A DNA stretch of 64,000 bases from positions 6,559 through 70,558 of the forward strand of contig CAZTTH010000001.1 of assembly GCA_964615975.1 (NCBI GenBank). Direction: 5' to 3'. The notes under the pieces were generated by a model. The model was not told the DNA's origin. It saw nothing but the letters and a program-made list of their open reading frames with translations, and did not search any database. This DNA is from an uncultured Lentisphaerales bacterium (GTDB lineage: Bacteria; Verrucomicrobiota; Lentisphaeria; JABSQK01; JAJFLO01). This document shows positions 54,201 through 62,557 of the stretch, piece after piece. Each line of letters starts with the position of its first letter. Position 1 is the first letter of the stretch. The position numbers and the translations under genes are program-made.

Positions 54201-54835
54201 CCATTGCCGATACCGGCAGTGGGATGTCACCCGCAATCATGTCACGCATCTTCGAACCATTTTTCTCAACCAAGGAAGTCGGAAAAGGAACCGGATTAGG
54301 GCTGGCAATGGTTTTTGGTTTCGTTAAACAAAGTGAAGGCCATATATCAGTCAGCAGTGAGATTGGAATGGGCACAACGTTCACCATCCTGTTACCTGTA
54401 GTGAAGGAACATTCTGAGGGTACTAAAAGAGATGAAAAGATACAGCCTTTGCCACGGGGTAATGAAACAATATTGATTGTAGAGGATGAGGATAGTGTCA
54501 GGCGATTCGCCAGGATGGCTCTTGAAATGCAGGGCTACAAGGTGTATGAAGCGAGCAATGGACAGAATGCGATAAATTTGATCGAAACATTGGGGATTAC
54601 GATCAAACTCATCATTAGCGATGTAGTGATGCCGGAAATGAGCGGACGCCAATTGGTCGACTTGCTGCGACGGTTTCATCCCGATCTTAAAGTCCTTTTC
54701 ATCAGCGGTTATACCGATGACGCGGTTGTACGATATGGTGTCAGCCACGCAACGGAAGCGTTTCTCCACAAACCATTTGACAAGAATGAATTGACTCAAA
54801 AGGTACGCGCTGTTCTAGATGATAGGATTGGCTAA
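51242..54835 (+). CDS. large hybrid sensor histidine kinase (REC-multiple PAS/GAF-HisKA-HATPase_c-REC)
   Basis: Start trimmed to MKSPIRILSIDDN. Multiple PAS/GAF modules, H-box IAHDFNNLLT, GTGLGLAMVFGFVKQS, and a C-terminal receiver domain ILIVEDEDSVR…SDVVMPEMSG. Confidence 0.85.
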   Translation: MKSPIRILSIDDNPLDRELVRDALNQDNGNFEIIEESNRANFEELITAAGTFDIILSDFNILGFTGLQVLEVILEKCPGTPVIMLTGTGSEEMAVETMKRGAADYVLKTDRHIKRLPHTIRAVLESSRLEKENQRVQENLRASEYLHREFMNGLPVAVYTTDIDGRIILYNHAAVEMWGRRPEAGDHWCGSFKLYRLDNHLLPHDACPIALAIKENRSINGIEAIVERKDGSRINILAYATPFRDKSGEVIGAMNAMVEITERKRIEEKLQLNEQHLRLSLEAGKMGSWVWDLHSNLSFWNQQEYQLLGLPPGDGQVDTDLFFEHVHPEDLPGLKLALSESMKYHTSFKHHFRIIRADGLTRWISGRGQVSQDDISGNPQQILGINFDITESKEADEKLRQTTAELQLRFRQQQALANLGELALQANDLGNLFQTAIDMICQVLELEFGKILELQHDGQTLLLRAGVGWKEGLVGTAMISGGKDSQAGYTLLSDQPVIVVDLNTETRFSGPALLRDHGIASGISVVIRGGSVPYGVLGVHTRQHREFNQYDPLFLQNVATLLGNFIERQRLDTQYRQLIQSVQDYAILRLSTSGTVTMWNSGAERMMGFKAEEVIGQSDAIFYLPEDVASGKPKRILEEAATHGRAEHEGWRLKKNNTRLLVDAVTFALTDDAGCLTGYSRIIRDITLKKREDESLRSVVDHSSDVIVTIDDKGIMQSCSGSLQKVFGYDPARIIGQNVNLLMPDPWKSHHDGYISAYLRTGLARIIGKVREVTGCRESGELFPLELAITEFTLDGARFFTGIMRDITTRKKLEDELRQSQKMEAIGQLAGGIAHDFNNLLTIINGFSELLIYQLSSNDSQKKMLLEIMNAGNRAADLTRQLLAYSRKQVLAPLLLNLNNVILNIEKMLQRLIGEDIMLSTNLDPQLRMVKVDPSQMETAIMNLAINARDAMPRGGKLTIATSNIEVGGDGSKIYTGCQSGSYVKTTIADTGSGMSPAIMSRIFEPFFSTKEVGKGTGLGLAMVFGFVKQSEGHISVSSEIGMGTTFTILLPVVKEHSEGTKRDEKIQPLPRGNETILIVEDEDSVRRFARMALEMQGYKVYEASNGQNAINLIETLGITIKLIISDVVMPEMSGRQLVDLLRRFHPDLKVLFISGYTDDAVVRYGVSHATEAFLHKPFDKNELTQKVRAVLDDRIG

Positions 54836-54840
54836 TCCCA

Positions 54841-55947
54841 TTATATTCCCGTCAGGCGCATCTCTGTCACCCAGTTCTGAATCTTGTTCTGAGTGGCAAG
54901 GAATAAGGGTTTATTGATTAGGATGTCGAGATATTTTTTATAGAGCGCCAAGAAGGCTTCGTTGAAGATTTCGAGAAACTTGATCCGCTCCTGAAAGCGA
55001 CTGCCAGAATCGAGTTCTTCGACTTGGGGCAAGGTTAATCCCCGATAAAAGAACCGATCAGTATCGAGAGTGAACAACCAGATTTCATCCTTTTCACGTG
55101 CCAGGGTCAATCTCGCCTGTCGCAGTTTTTTCCCTTGGATTAAAGCCGTTTGAGCTTCCGGGCTGATCGTCGGCAAGCCCTTGCGGATGACCATTTCCTG
55201 CGCTTTTTCACCATCACCGATGAAGGTTAATGGTCCATCGATCAGAATGCTGAAGGTTCCCAATTCCGGTGTCGGAAATATACCCCCTTCGATTTCCTGG
55301 AAATACCAGATCCAGGTCAGAAAATCCCGTCCAATCGTCAGTTCCGAATCGGGTTCGCGGCCGGTTGGCGAAAAATTCATGGGGCGCAAAGTATCCGTGT
55401 CGATCTGAAAATAGTGGAATGCGACTTCTTCTGGGGTTAACGGTTCGAGTGAAATTTCGAAGGTTTCGTAAAAAAAATCAATGAAACGATCAACTTGCGG
55501 CACCGATGTTGAGCCGATGAACAACAAATCGCTGCGGGCATTGATGACAAATGGAATACCCACCAAGGTTGGCGGCATCTGTTCGATCAGCCGTTCCGCA
55601 ACGGTCTCCCTGACCTCTTTTTTCTGGCGGCGATTGAGATAGGTCATCTTGCTTTCACGCAGCAGTTTGAGTTCAGATAACTGGCATTCAGCGCGAAATA
55701 GGGAGGGGGGGATTTTGCGATTGGCGAGGCGTAAATGCAAATGGGTAAATCCGCCGGTGATGGCGGTGTCATCATTGATCTCGATCTCTAGGAGATGGCG
55801 ACCACTGACCCAACCCACTTCGAGGTCTTCCTTAAGGGCTAGAAGAGAGGTCCCCTTTCTGGCATCAAATCGAGCCCATTTATCCGCGGGCAGGTTGGTT
55901 GGCATATGGCAGATAGTCAATGGTATGGATCCTTTATCGAATGGCAT
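54841..55947 (-). CDS. rdgC: RdgC-like recombination-associated protein (tentative)
   Basis: 368 aa; the central stretch …NRRQKKEVRETVAERLIEQMPPTLVGIPFVINARSDLLFIGSTS…VDRFIDFF… follows the RdgC pattern (K.EK..lkdEv…LLP.AF….wID…l..Vd.aS). The overall match is modest. Confidence 0.45.
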   Translation of the reverse strand: MPFDKGSIPLTICHMPTNLPADKWARFDARKGTSLLALKEDLEVGWVSGRHLLEIEINDDTAITGGFTHLHLRLANRKIPPSLFRAECQLSELKLLRESKMTYLNRRQKKEVRETVAERLIEQMPPTLVGIPFVINARSDLLFIGSTSVPQVDRFIDFFYETFEISLEPLTPEEVAFHYFQIDTDTLRPMNFSPTGREPDSELTIGRDFLTWIWYFQEIEGGIFPTPELGTFSILIDGPLTFIGDGEKAQEMVIRKGLPTISPEAQTALIQGKKLRQARLTLAREKDEIWLFTLDTDRFFYRGLTLPQVEELDSGSRFQERIKFLEIFNEAFLALYKKYLDILINKPLFLATQNKIQNWVTEMRLTGI

Positions 55948-56174
55948 ATTTACATTTCCTTATTTTTACCGGGAATAAATCCGCTCCGGCAGGGCTGTCG
56001 CGATCTTAAGCTTGATTCATCATTACAATTCACATTACCAATGACCGCTTAATCCAGAGAGATTAATGGGGTATTCCGCTATAGATAACTATTCAATTCA
56101 GGAGTAATGTGAGGCGCTGATATTCTCATGTTAATTGGAATTTGCAAGTCATACCCAACCGGAAAATTGATATT

Positions 56175-56516
56175 ATGGCTTTTAACAACGATCTTGCTGA
56201 ACTGGTTAGAAAAATCCTCTCAGGGCAAATCAGGGTAGTGGAAAAGAAGATGTTTGGCGGCGTTGGGTTCCTGGTTAATGGCAATATGATTTGCGGCATA
56301 TTGCGGGAAGATTTGATTGTGCGAATCGGATTATCAAACTATGAGTGGGCATTGCAGCAGACCGGAGTTCGTCAATTCGATATAACTGGACGGATAATGA
56401 AAGGGTGGATCATGATCTCCCCGGCTGGAATAGAGGACAAAAACAGCCTGAAAAGATGGACAGATATGGGGGTTGACTTCGCCTTAACTCTACCGCCTAA
56501 GGAATCAAACCATTAA
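56175..56516 (+). CDS. TfoX N-terminal-domain protein (Sxy/TfoX family, N-domain only)
   Basis: MAFNNDLAELVRKIL…VVEKKMFGGVGFLVNGNMICGI matches TfoX_N. There is no C-terminal TfoX domain. Confidence 0.7.
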   Translation: MAFNNDLAELVRKILSGQIRVVEKKMFGGVGFLVNGNMICGILREDLIVRIGLSNYEWALQQTGVRQFDITGRIMKGWIMISPAGIEDKNSLKRWTDMGVDFALTLPPKESNH

Positions 56517-57931
56517 AGATGCGAGAGTACCACAATTGTTTGATCGTCTGTTTGAGGGGTCGAACCGGAGTAGACTTGGATGGAAGTTAAAAGATTGGTG
56601 GCTGTGATCTTCGGATCGATTCCTTGTTTACTGAATTCCGATTTGATCCGTTCCAAGCCGAAATCCATTTCTTCGTGGTTGCGTGCGTCGGTAATGCCAT
56701 CGGTAAACATGAGAATGGATGTATTGGGTTGCCAGATGAATGCAAAGGTGTCGTAATGAATACTCTCGTCATCTGGCGGTAATAAGCCCAGTGCTGGTCC
56801 ATCGGGGCTAATCACTTGAACTTCTCCATCTGCCTGGCGGATCAACAGTTCCGTATGACCGGCACGGGCGTATTCCACCGTGCTGTCGCGCTTATCAATC
56901 AAACAACAGGCGAGAGTAACAAAACGAGCCTCATCAGTATCTTTATAAAGATTGCGATTCAATTCGGTCAGCAAACCCTCCAGATTATCCTTGTAGCGGC
57001 CAGCATTGGCACGAACGAAGACACGGCACATAGACATGATCATACAGGCGGAAACCCCCTTGCCGCTGGCATCAGCGATCAATACCATCAAATAATTTTC
57101 ATCGACCTCAATGAAGTCGTACATGTCGCCGCTTACTTCAGTAGCTGCCCGGTTGATTCCGAAGATTCCGAACCAATCGCTTTGCGGCGCGGTTTTGGGT
57201 AACAGGGATTGCTGGATGTTACGTGCCAACTGAAGTTCTTGTTTCAGCCGATGCTGTTCATTGATTTCTTCATTGATGTGGAAAAGTTTGACGTAAAAAA
57301 TGATTTGATTTGCCAGGCATTGCAGTAAAAATTGATTTTCAGTGGAGAAAATCGCATTCACCTGTTTGCGATTGATGGCGCAGATCAAGCCACCCTTCCC
57401 CTCGTCGATAGACAGGGGGATGGCCATCAACGACCGCAGATGAGTCTCGCTGTTATCAGTAGCGGTCATCGGAAAGTCAATTAATAGAGGTTGCCCGGTT
57501 TTGAGCACCTTGCCTAACAGGGGATCATCGGCATCGATGGTTTCATGATCGAGAGCTGCATGGATTTGATAAAACTCCTCTGCATGCCCGGACTGAGTAT
57601 ATTCCTTGCCGAAGGGAATAGATTCACCGTTTTCGGTCACCATACGCAGTTTACCAGTCGCGTCATATAGATATATGCGAATATAGCGGGCGCCAATGAT
57701 GGTTAGAAGATGATTGGCTAAATAGCCCAACCATTCACCTTCGTTCCTGCAATTAACCAGCCGTTGAGAAAATTGATCGAGGTAAGAAATGAGATCATTG
57801 TGATCCTGATTTGCTTGAATCAAGGTTTGTTTCAAGGCAGCGGTACGTTGTGTGATATGGTAGATATATATGACCAGTGCGATTGCTGTCAAGGTGATTA
57901 AAATGGAGTAAGGAATCATCAACTTTGCCAC
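56513..57931 (-). CDS. PP2C-family serine phosphatase (RsbU/SpoIIE-like) with N-terminal TM and GAF-like sensor
   Basis: 472 aa; the PP2C core …EVSGDMYDF…MVLIADASGKG…FTDGITDARN…TDDQTIVVL is the SpoIIE/RsbU signature. Confidence 0.85.
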   Translation of the reverse strand: MAKLMIPYSILITLTAIALVIYIYHITQRTAALKQTLIQANQDHNDLISYLDQFSQRLVNCRNEGEWLGYLANHLLTIIGARYIRIYLYDATGKLRMVTENGESIPFGKEYTQSGHAEEFYQIHAALDHETIDADDPLLGKVLKTGQPLLIDFPMTATDNSETHLRSLMAIPLSIDEGKGGLICAINRKQVNAIFSTENQFLLQCLANQIIFYVKLFHINEEINEQHRLKQELQLARNIQQSLLPKTAPQSDWFGIFGINRAATEVSGDMYDFIEVDENYLMVLIADASGKGVSACMIMSMCRVFVRANAGRYKDNLEGLLTELNRNLYKDTDEARFVTLACCLIDKRDSTVEYARAGHTELLIRQADGEVQVISPDGPALGLLPPDDESIHYDTFAFIWQPNTSILMFTDGITDARNHEEMDFGLERIKSEFSKQGIDPKITATNLLTSIQVYSGSTPQTDDQTIVVLSHL

Positions 57932-58009
57932 GTGTTAAACCTTGTTGGATAACGAGATTAACATCATCAGGTTTTCAATATCCCTTATGATTTTATGATC
58001 ATAGTTCCA

Positions 58010-59083
58010 TCAGGCAATTGTTACTTCAGGGCATAGATAAACATCCTGAATTGAATTGAGAATTTTTACTCCTTCATTCATTGGACGCTGAAAAGCTTTT
58101 CTCCCGCTAATCAATCCCATCCCACCGGCACGCTTGTTGATCACAGCAGTTGCTACGGCTTCGGCAATGTCATTCTTTCCGGATGGTCCGCCTGAATTAA
58201 TCAAGCCGATTCGCCCCATGTAATTATTCACGACTTGATAGCGGCACAAATCGATCGGATGATCAGAGCAAAGCGAGGTGTACATGCGCTGATCATATTT
58301 ACCATAGCCCTTTTGCACGGCATTGATGGCTTCGAAGCCACGGTTGTTTGTCGGCAGCTTTTGCTTGATAATGTCGGCTTCGATGGTAACTCCCAAATGA
58401 TTTGCCTGACCGGTAAGATCAGCACTGGTGTGGTAGTCGACATTGTTTACCTTGAAGCCATTGCTGCGAGTGTAACACCAAAGTATGGTCGCCAGTCCTA
58501 ATTCATGCGCTAGTTGAAAAGCGGCGCTGATTTCAGTAATCTGGCGGGTACTTTCAGGAGAGCCGAAATATATCGTCGCGCCAATCGCGACTGCTCCCAT
58601 GTCCCTGGCCTGTTCGGTGAAGCCAAAAAGAATTTGATCATATTTATTGGGATATGAGAGTAATTCATTGTGATTAATCTTCACGATGAAGGGTATGCGG
58701 TGTGCGTATTTACGTGCAACAATACCTAATACCCCCAATGTCGATGCGACGGCATTACAGCCGCCTTCGAGCGCTAACTTTACGATGTTTTCAGGATCGA
58801 AAAATTCTGGATTTGGAGCAAATGATGCACCAGCGGAATGTTCAATGCCCTGATCCACCGGAAGTATCGAAAGGTAACCTGTGTTTGCCAGACGCCCATG
58901 AGCGAATAAACTTTGCAAGCTTCTGAGAACGGGTGGGGTACGGTCGCTAGGTATAAAAATGCGGTCGACCCAGTCTCCGTCAGGAATATGCAATTGTTCT
59001 TTGGGAACACATGAACATTGGTGTGTTAATAAATTATCGGCTTCTTTCCCTAATAAGTTTTCGATATCTGAAATTGTCATCAT
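58010..59083 (-). CDS. fbaB: class I fructose-bisphosphate aldolase (DhnA/FbaB type)
   Basis: 357 aa nearly collinear with E. coli FbaB (…[21 protein letters not shown]…[11 protein letters not shown]…[13 protein letters not shown]…[20 protein letters not shown]…). Confidence 0.9.
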   Translation of the reverse strand: MMTISDIENLLGKEADNLLTHQCSCVPKEQLHIPDGDWVDRIFIPSDRTPPVLRSLQSLFAHGRLANTGYLSILPVDQGIEHSAGASFAPNPEFFDPENIVKLALEGGCNAVASTLGVLGIVARKYAHRIPFIVKINHNELLSYPNKYDQILFGFTEQARDMGAVAIGATIYFGSPESTRQITEISAAFQLAHELGLATILWCYTRSNGFKVNNVDYHTSADLTGQANHLGVTIEADIIKQKLPTNNRGFEAINAVQKGYGKYDQRMYTSLCSDHPIDLCRYQVVNNYMGRIGLINSGGPSGKNDIAEAVATAVINKRAGGMGLISGRKAFQRPMNEGVKILNSIQDVYLCPEVTIA

Positions 59084-59339
59084 CGGATAATGCGCTCCTT
59101 GGACATTAAAATTGCGGTCATAAGGTAATTAATAATTTTGCGGTGGTTAGAGAAAGCAAAGACTATAGTTAATTATGATTGATATTAAAGTTTAAGCGCC
59201 AAAAATTTATTCTTTTTTATCAATCTTTATTTTTTTTTTAATGATGGCAAATTAAGTCAATTAATTAGTTGTGAGTAAATCGACTCACGGTCATTATTTA
59301 ACACTCAAACCTCAAAAGAATTATACAAGGAGAATCATT

Positions 59340-60200
59340 ATGTTTGTCAATGTAAAAACATTAACTAAGATTGCGGTCATGTCATTGGTCATCACTTTGG
59401 GAACCTCATTAAAGGCGATGGATGGCTCTTTCCCATTGCAATTATCCTTGTTTTCTCCGATTTCCATTGCAGGTGATGATACCGCAATCCATGGCTTGCG
59501 AATCAACTTTATTTATGGTTCGAATAGCGATGTGACTGGCATAGATATTGGATTAATTAATCGTACCAACGACAATTTTTCTGGGTATGGTTGGGGGCTG
59601 ATCAACTATGTTGGAGGTGACATTAGCGGCGGTTTTCAGGAAGGGTTTTTGAATTGGGTTGAAGGCAGTGTTAATGGCGGTCAGGCTGGACTTCTCAATT
59701 TTACTCATGGGGATAATCATCATCAATTCGGTTTGTTAAATTGTACTCGTGGTACCAATCACAACCTGCAGGTGGGGTTGCTCAACCATACTGGGGGTGA
59801 TGCGCATTCCCAATTCGGATTTTTAAACTGCAATGCTGGCAGCAGTGATGGCGGTCAGTGGGGGATACTCAACATCACTCGTGGTGATTTTTCCGGTGGT
59901 GCTCAAGGGGGAATATTGAATTGGACAAATGGCAGCATTCATGGTGTACAAGGTGGCTGGTTAGGAGGCTACATTGGCGGAGATATAACCGGAGCTCAAT
60001 TTAACGGGTTGGTTAATTTTTCAGATGCGGTAAATGGCGCGCAATGTGGGGTGATAAATGTGACCAATTCACTCAAGGGATTTCAATTCGGATTGATCAA
60101 TTTCACTAGAGATTTTGATGGGTTGCAAATTGGTTTGGCTAACATTGCCACGAATAGCGATATGTTGAAATTCTTCCCCTTTGTCAATGCAGCCTGGTAA
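59340..60200 (+). CDS. secreted tandem-repeat protein (about ten ~21-aa Gly/Asn-rich GxLN repeats)
   Basis: ATG at 59340 lies 6 nt after AAGGAG, followed by signal peptide MFVNVKTLTKIAVMSLVITLGTSLKA. Periodic units such as GWGLINYVGGDISGGFQEG / FLNWVEGSVNGGQAG / LLNFTHGDNHHQFG / LLNCTRGTNHNLQVG follow. Ends …FFPFVNAAW. Confidence 0.7.
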   Translation: MFVNVKTLTKIAVMSLVITLGTSLKAMDGSFPLQLSLFSPISIAGDDTAIHGLRINFIYGSNSDVTGIDIGLINRTNDNFSGYGWGLINYVGGDISGGFQEGFLNWVEGSVNGGQAGLLNFTHGDNHHQFGLLNCTRGTNHNLQVGLLNHTGGDAHSQFGFLNCNAGSSDGGQWGILNITRGDFSGGAQGGILNWTNGSIHGVQGGWLGGYIGGDITGAQFNGLVNFSDAVNGAQCGVINVTNSLKGFQFGLINFTRDFDGLQIGLANIATNSDMLKFFPFVNAAW

Positions 60201-60250
60201 TATTTCCAATTACTTGATCCTTAAATTTTATCAATCCAACACCTTATCAA

Positions 60251-60288
60251 GGGGCAGTATCATTCAGGATACTGTCCCTTTGATTTTT
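60251..60288 (+). terminator. rho-independent terminator after the repeat-protein gene
   Basis: GGGGCAGTATC-ATTCAG-GATACTGTCCC stem-loop followed by TTTGATTTTT. Confidence 0.6.
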
Positions 60289-60497
60289 AATCAGCAACGG
60301 GTGTATACTTTAATCATTGATTTCCCCTAGACTGCACGCCGTCGAATTTTCGAATGCCGCCATTTTAATCAGACTGTTAATTGTGCGATATTTTTCTAAA
60401 ACCTTATCGGGTACAGTAATAATTGGTTGTTTTTTCCTTCACATCGATCTAAGCAGCATTTATAATTTTAACTATCGAATCTTATCGAATTAAAAAA

Positions 60498-61295
60498 ATG
60501 TTGAATTTTATCCTAACGGTCCAAGCGTTAACGGGCAGGGAGTTACTCTTATTCTTTCGTCAAAAAAATCGACTTGTTGGCGCATTTTTGCAACCCCTGA
60601 TTTTTTGGTTGTTAATGGGGGCGGGATTTAACTCTTCATTTCAACCTTTGGCCAGCCATCAGTATCAAAACCGCTACTCCGACTATTTCTTTCCAGGAGT
60701 AATCGTCATGGTGATCATGTTTACTGCGGTGTTTTCAACCATGAGCCTGATCGAAGATCGCAAGCACGGTTTCATGCAGGGTATATTAGTTGCACCGGTA
60801 TCCCGCTATGCCATTGTATTTGGCAAAATTTTAGGCGGGACACTTTTAGGCATGATTCAAGGGATATTTTTTCTCTTATTACTTTTGACCCCATATTTGG
60901 AATTGACCCTGACTTTTACACACTTTCTCCAGTTGTTGGGATGGATGTTTGTGATGGGATTTGGTTTGACGGGACTGGGATTTGCCATTGCATGGAAAGT
61001 TGATTCAACTCAGGGATATCACGCCATCATGAGTGTATTTCTTTTTCCCTTATGGATTTTTTCCGGGGCATTATTTCCGGCGGAGGGCACACCATGGTGG
61101 ATGAACTGCATTATCGCAATAAATCCTTTAACCTATGGGGTGCAGTTAATTCGGGGCTGTTTTATTGACACCGGCGTTACCATTGGCGCAACTGCCGGAA
61201 TTCCCAATATGACAATGACTTTTGGCAGCGCATATATGCTTGTATTCGGACTTGCAACTCTGTATTTTTGCACTCGCTTGATTGCGCGTGGATAA
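60498..61295 (+). CDS. ABC-2-type transporter permease (no adjacent ATPase)
   Basis: 265 aa with six TM helices. N-terminal LTGRELLLFFRQKNRLVGAFLQPLIFWLLMG is typical of ABC-2 permeases. Confidence 0.7.
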   Translation: MLNFILTVQALTGRELLLFFRQKNRLVGAFLQPLIFWLLMGAGFNSSFQPLASHQYQNRYSDYFFPGVIVMVIMFTAVFSTMSLIEDRKHGFMQGILVAPVSRYAIVFGKILGGTLLGMIQGIFFLLLLLTPYLELTLTFTHFLQLLGWMFVMGFGLTGLGFAIAWKVDSTQGYHAIMSVFLFPLWIFSGALFPAEGTPWWMNCIIAINPLTYGVQLIRGCFIDTGVTIGATAGIPNMTMTFGSAYMLVFGLATLYFCTRLIARG

Positions 61296-61577
61296 AGTCT
61301 TGTATCTGTAATCGAGTAATTGTATTATGGTCGATAAAAAAACTAGGCCTCATGTCCACCATAAACAAAAAAACTTCAGCCTGATAAGCAGGTTGGCAAT
61401 GGCATTAGGCATCAGAAGGCGGACAATCAAAAAATTTGTCTTTGCCTTGGGGATGGTCATCCTCATCTTGTTCTGCACTTTAATATTTAAACTACAATGG
61501 TTATGATTGCGTTCCTCCACATATCCATTCTCTAGTTAATTAAGGGATTTCTATTAATGCCTTAACACGTAACAAAT

Positions 61578-62318
61578 ATGTCAGATTTTAATCGCTTGCC
61601 CAGGAACCAGACTTATGCCCAATCCTTTCTGCCGTTCATCTTGCCCTATTTGTTTTACACGGGTGTCGAAATTTTTAATAGTCTGGGCTTCGCTTTGTGG
61701 GTAATACAACTGATGAAGCTGGTACTGGTGGGTAGCGCCTTATGGTTTTATCGACGAAATTACTCAATCGGTCGCATGCATTCATCAGATCTGGTGGTAG
61801 CGTTCTTAGTGGCACCTGCACTGGCTGTCATTTGGGTTTACCCGCTGAAATTTTTCCTCTCATTTGATCTCAACAGATCGCTTCCTTTATCTCTGAATAT
61901 GATTGATCAGCAGGAGTGGTATTTTATGTTACGATCATTCAATTCAATTATTTTGACCCCATTTTTCGAGGAGTTATTTTTCCGGGTATATCTTCTCCAG
62001 TTATTATTCCATGCGGGATCAGATCAATCTTTATCATTACGCGTTTGGTTTCCTCGATTAGTATCCCTTCTTGACCAAAAGCCGGATAATCTTGATCGTT
62101 TGCCTTTTTCATTATTAAGCGTGGTTGGGACAACCTTTTTATTTGCCATCGGGCATGGAGTAGCTTCCTGGTTTTCAGCCATTTTATACTTTTCCCTCGG
62201 CCATTATTTATATTGGCGAACCCAATCCCTTTGGACTCCGGTACTAATCCATGGATTTACTAATTTAATAATCGCCTATCTGGTGCGATATGCGGACCTT
62301 CAATTTCTATGGTTTTAA
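61578..62318 (+). CDS. CPBP-family intramembrane metalloprotease (CAAX protease/Abi family)
   Basis: 246 aa; motifs EELFFRVYL (EExxxR), FAIGHG (FxxxH) and HGFTN (HxxxN/D). Confidence 0.8.
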   Translation: MSDFNRLPRNQTYAQSFLPFILPYLFYTGVEIFNSLGFALWVIQLMKLVLVGSALWFYRRNYSIGRMHSSDLVVAFLVAPALAVIWVYPLKFFLSFDLNRSLPLSLNMIDQQEWYFMLRSFNSIILTPFFEELFFRVYLLQLLFHAGSDQSLSLRVWFPRLVSLLDQKPDNLDRLPFSLLSVVGTTFLFAIGHGVASWFSAILYFSLGHYLYWRTQSLWTPVLIHGFTNLIIAYLVRYADLQFLWF

Positions 62319-62557
62319 ACCTTCATATTGCTGAGTTGTTATCTTACTCCGATCGGATATTTTGATTTCTCAGTCTGGTCGATGAAACTATGAAGCTATG
62401 TGGTCAGTCATAGGTTGTCATAACAAATCCATGACGAATAGGAGAGAGTGTTAAAATTGATAATTTGAGCGGACTCCTTGATCGAGTTGGATCGAATTGT
62501 CACTTCAGTGTCGCCTATGGATGCTATTACTGATCTAAAAAGCAAGAATTTATCAGC

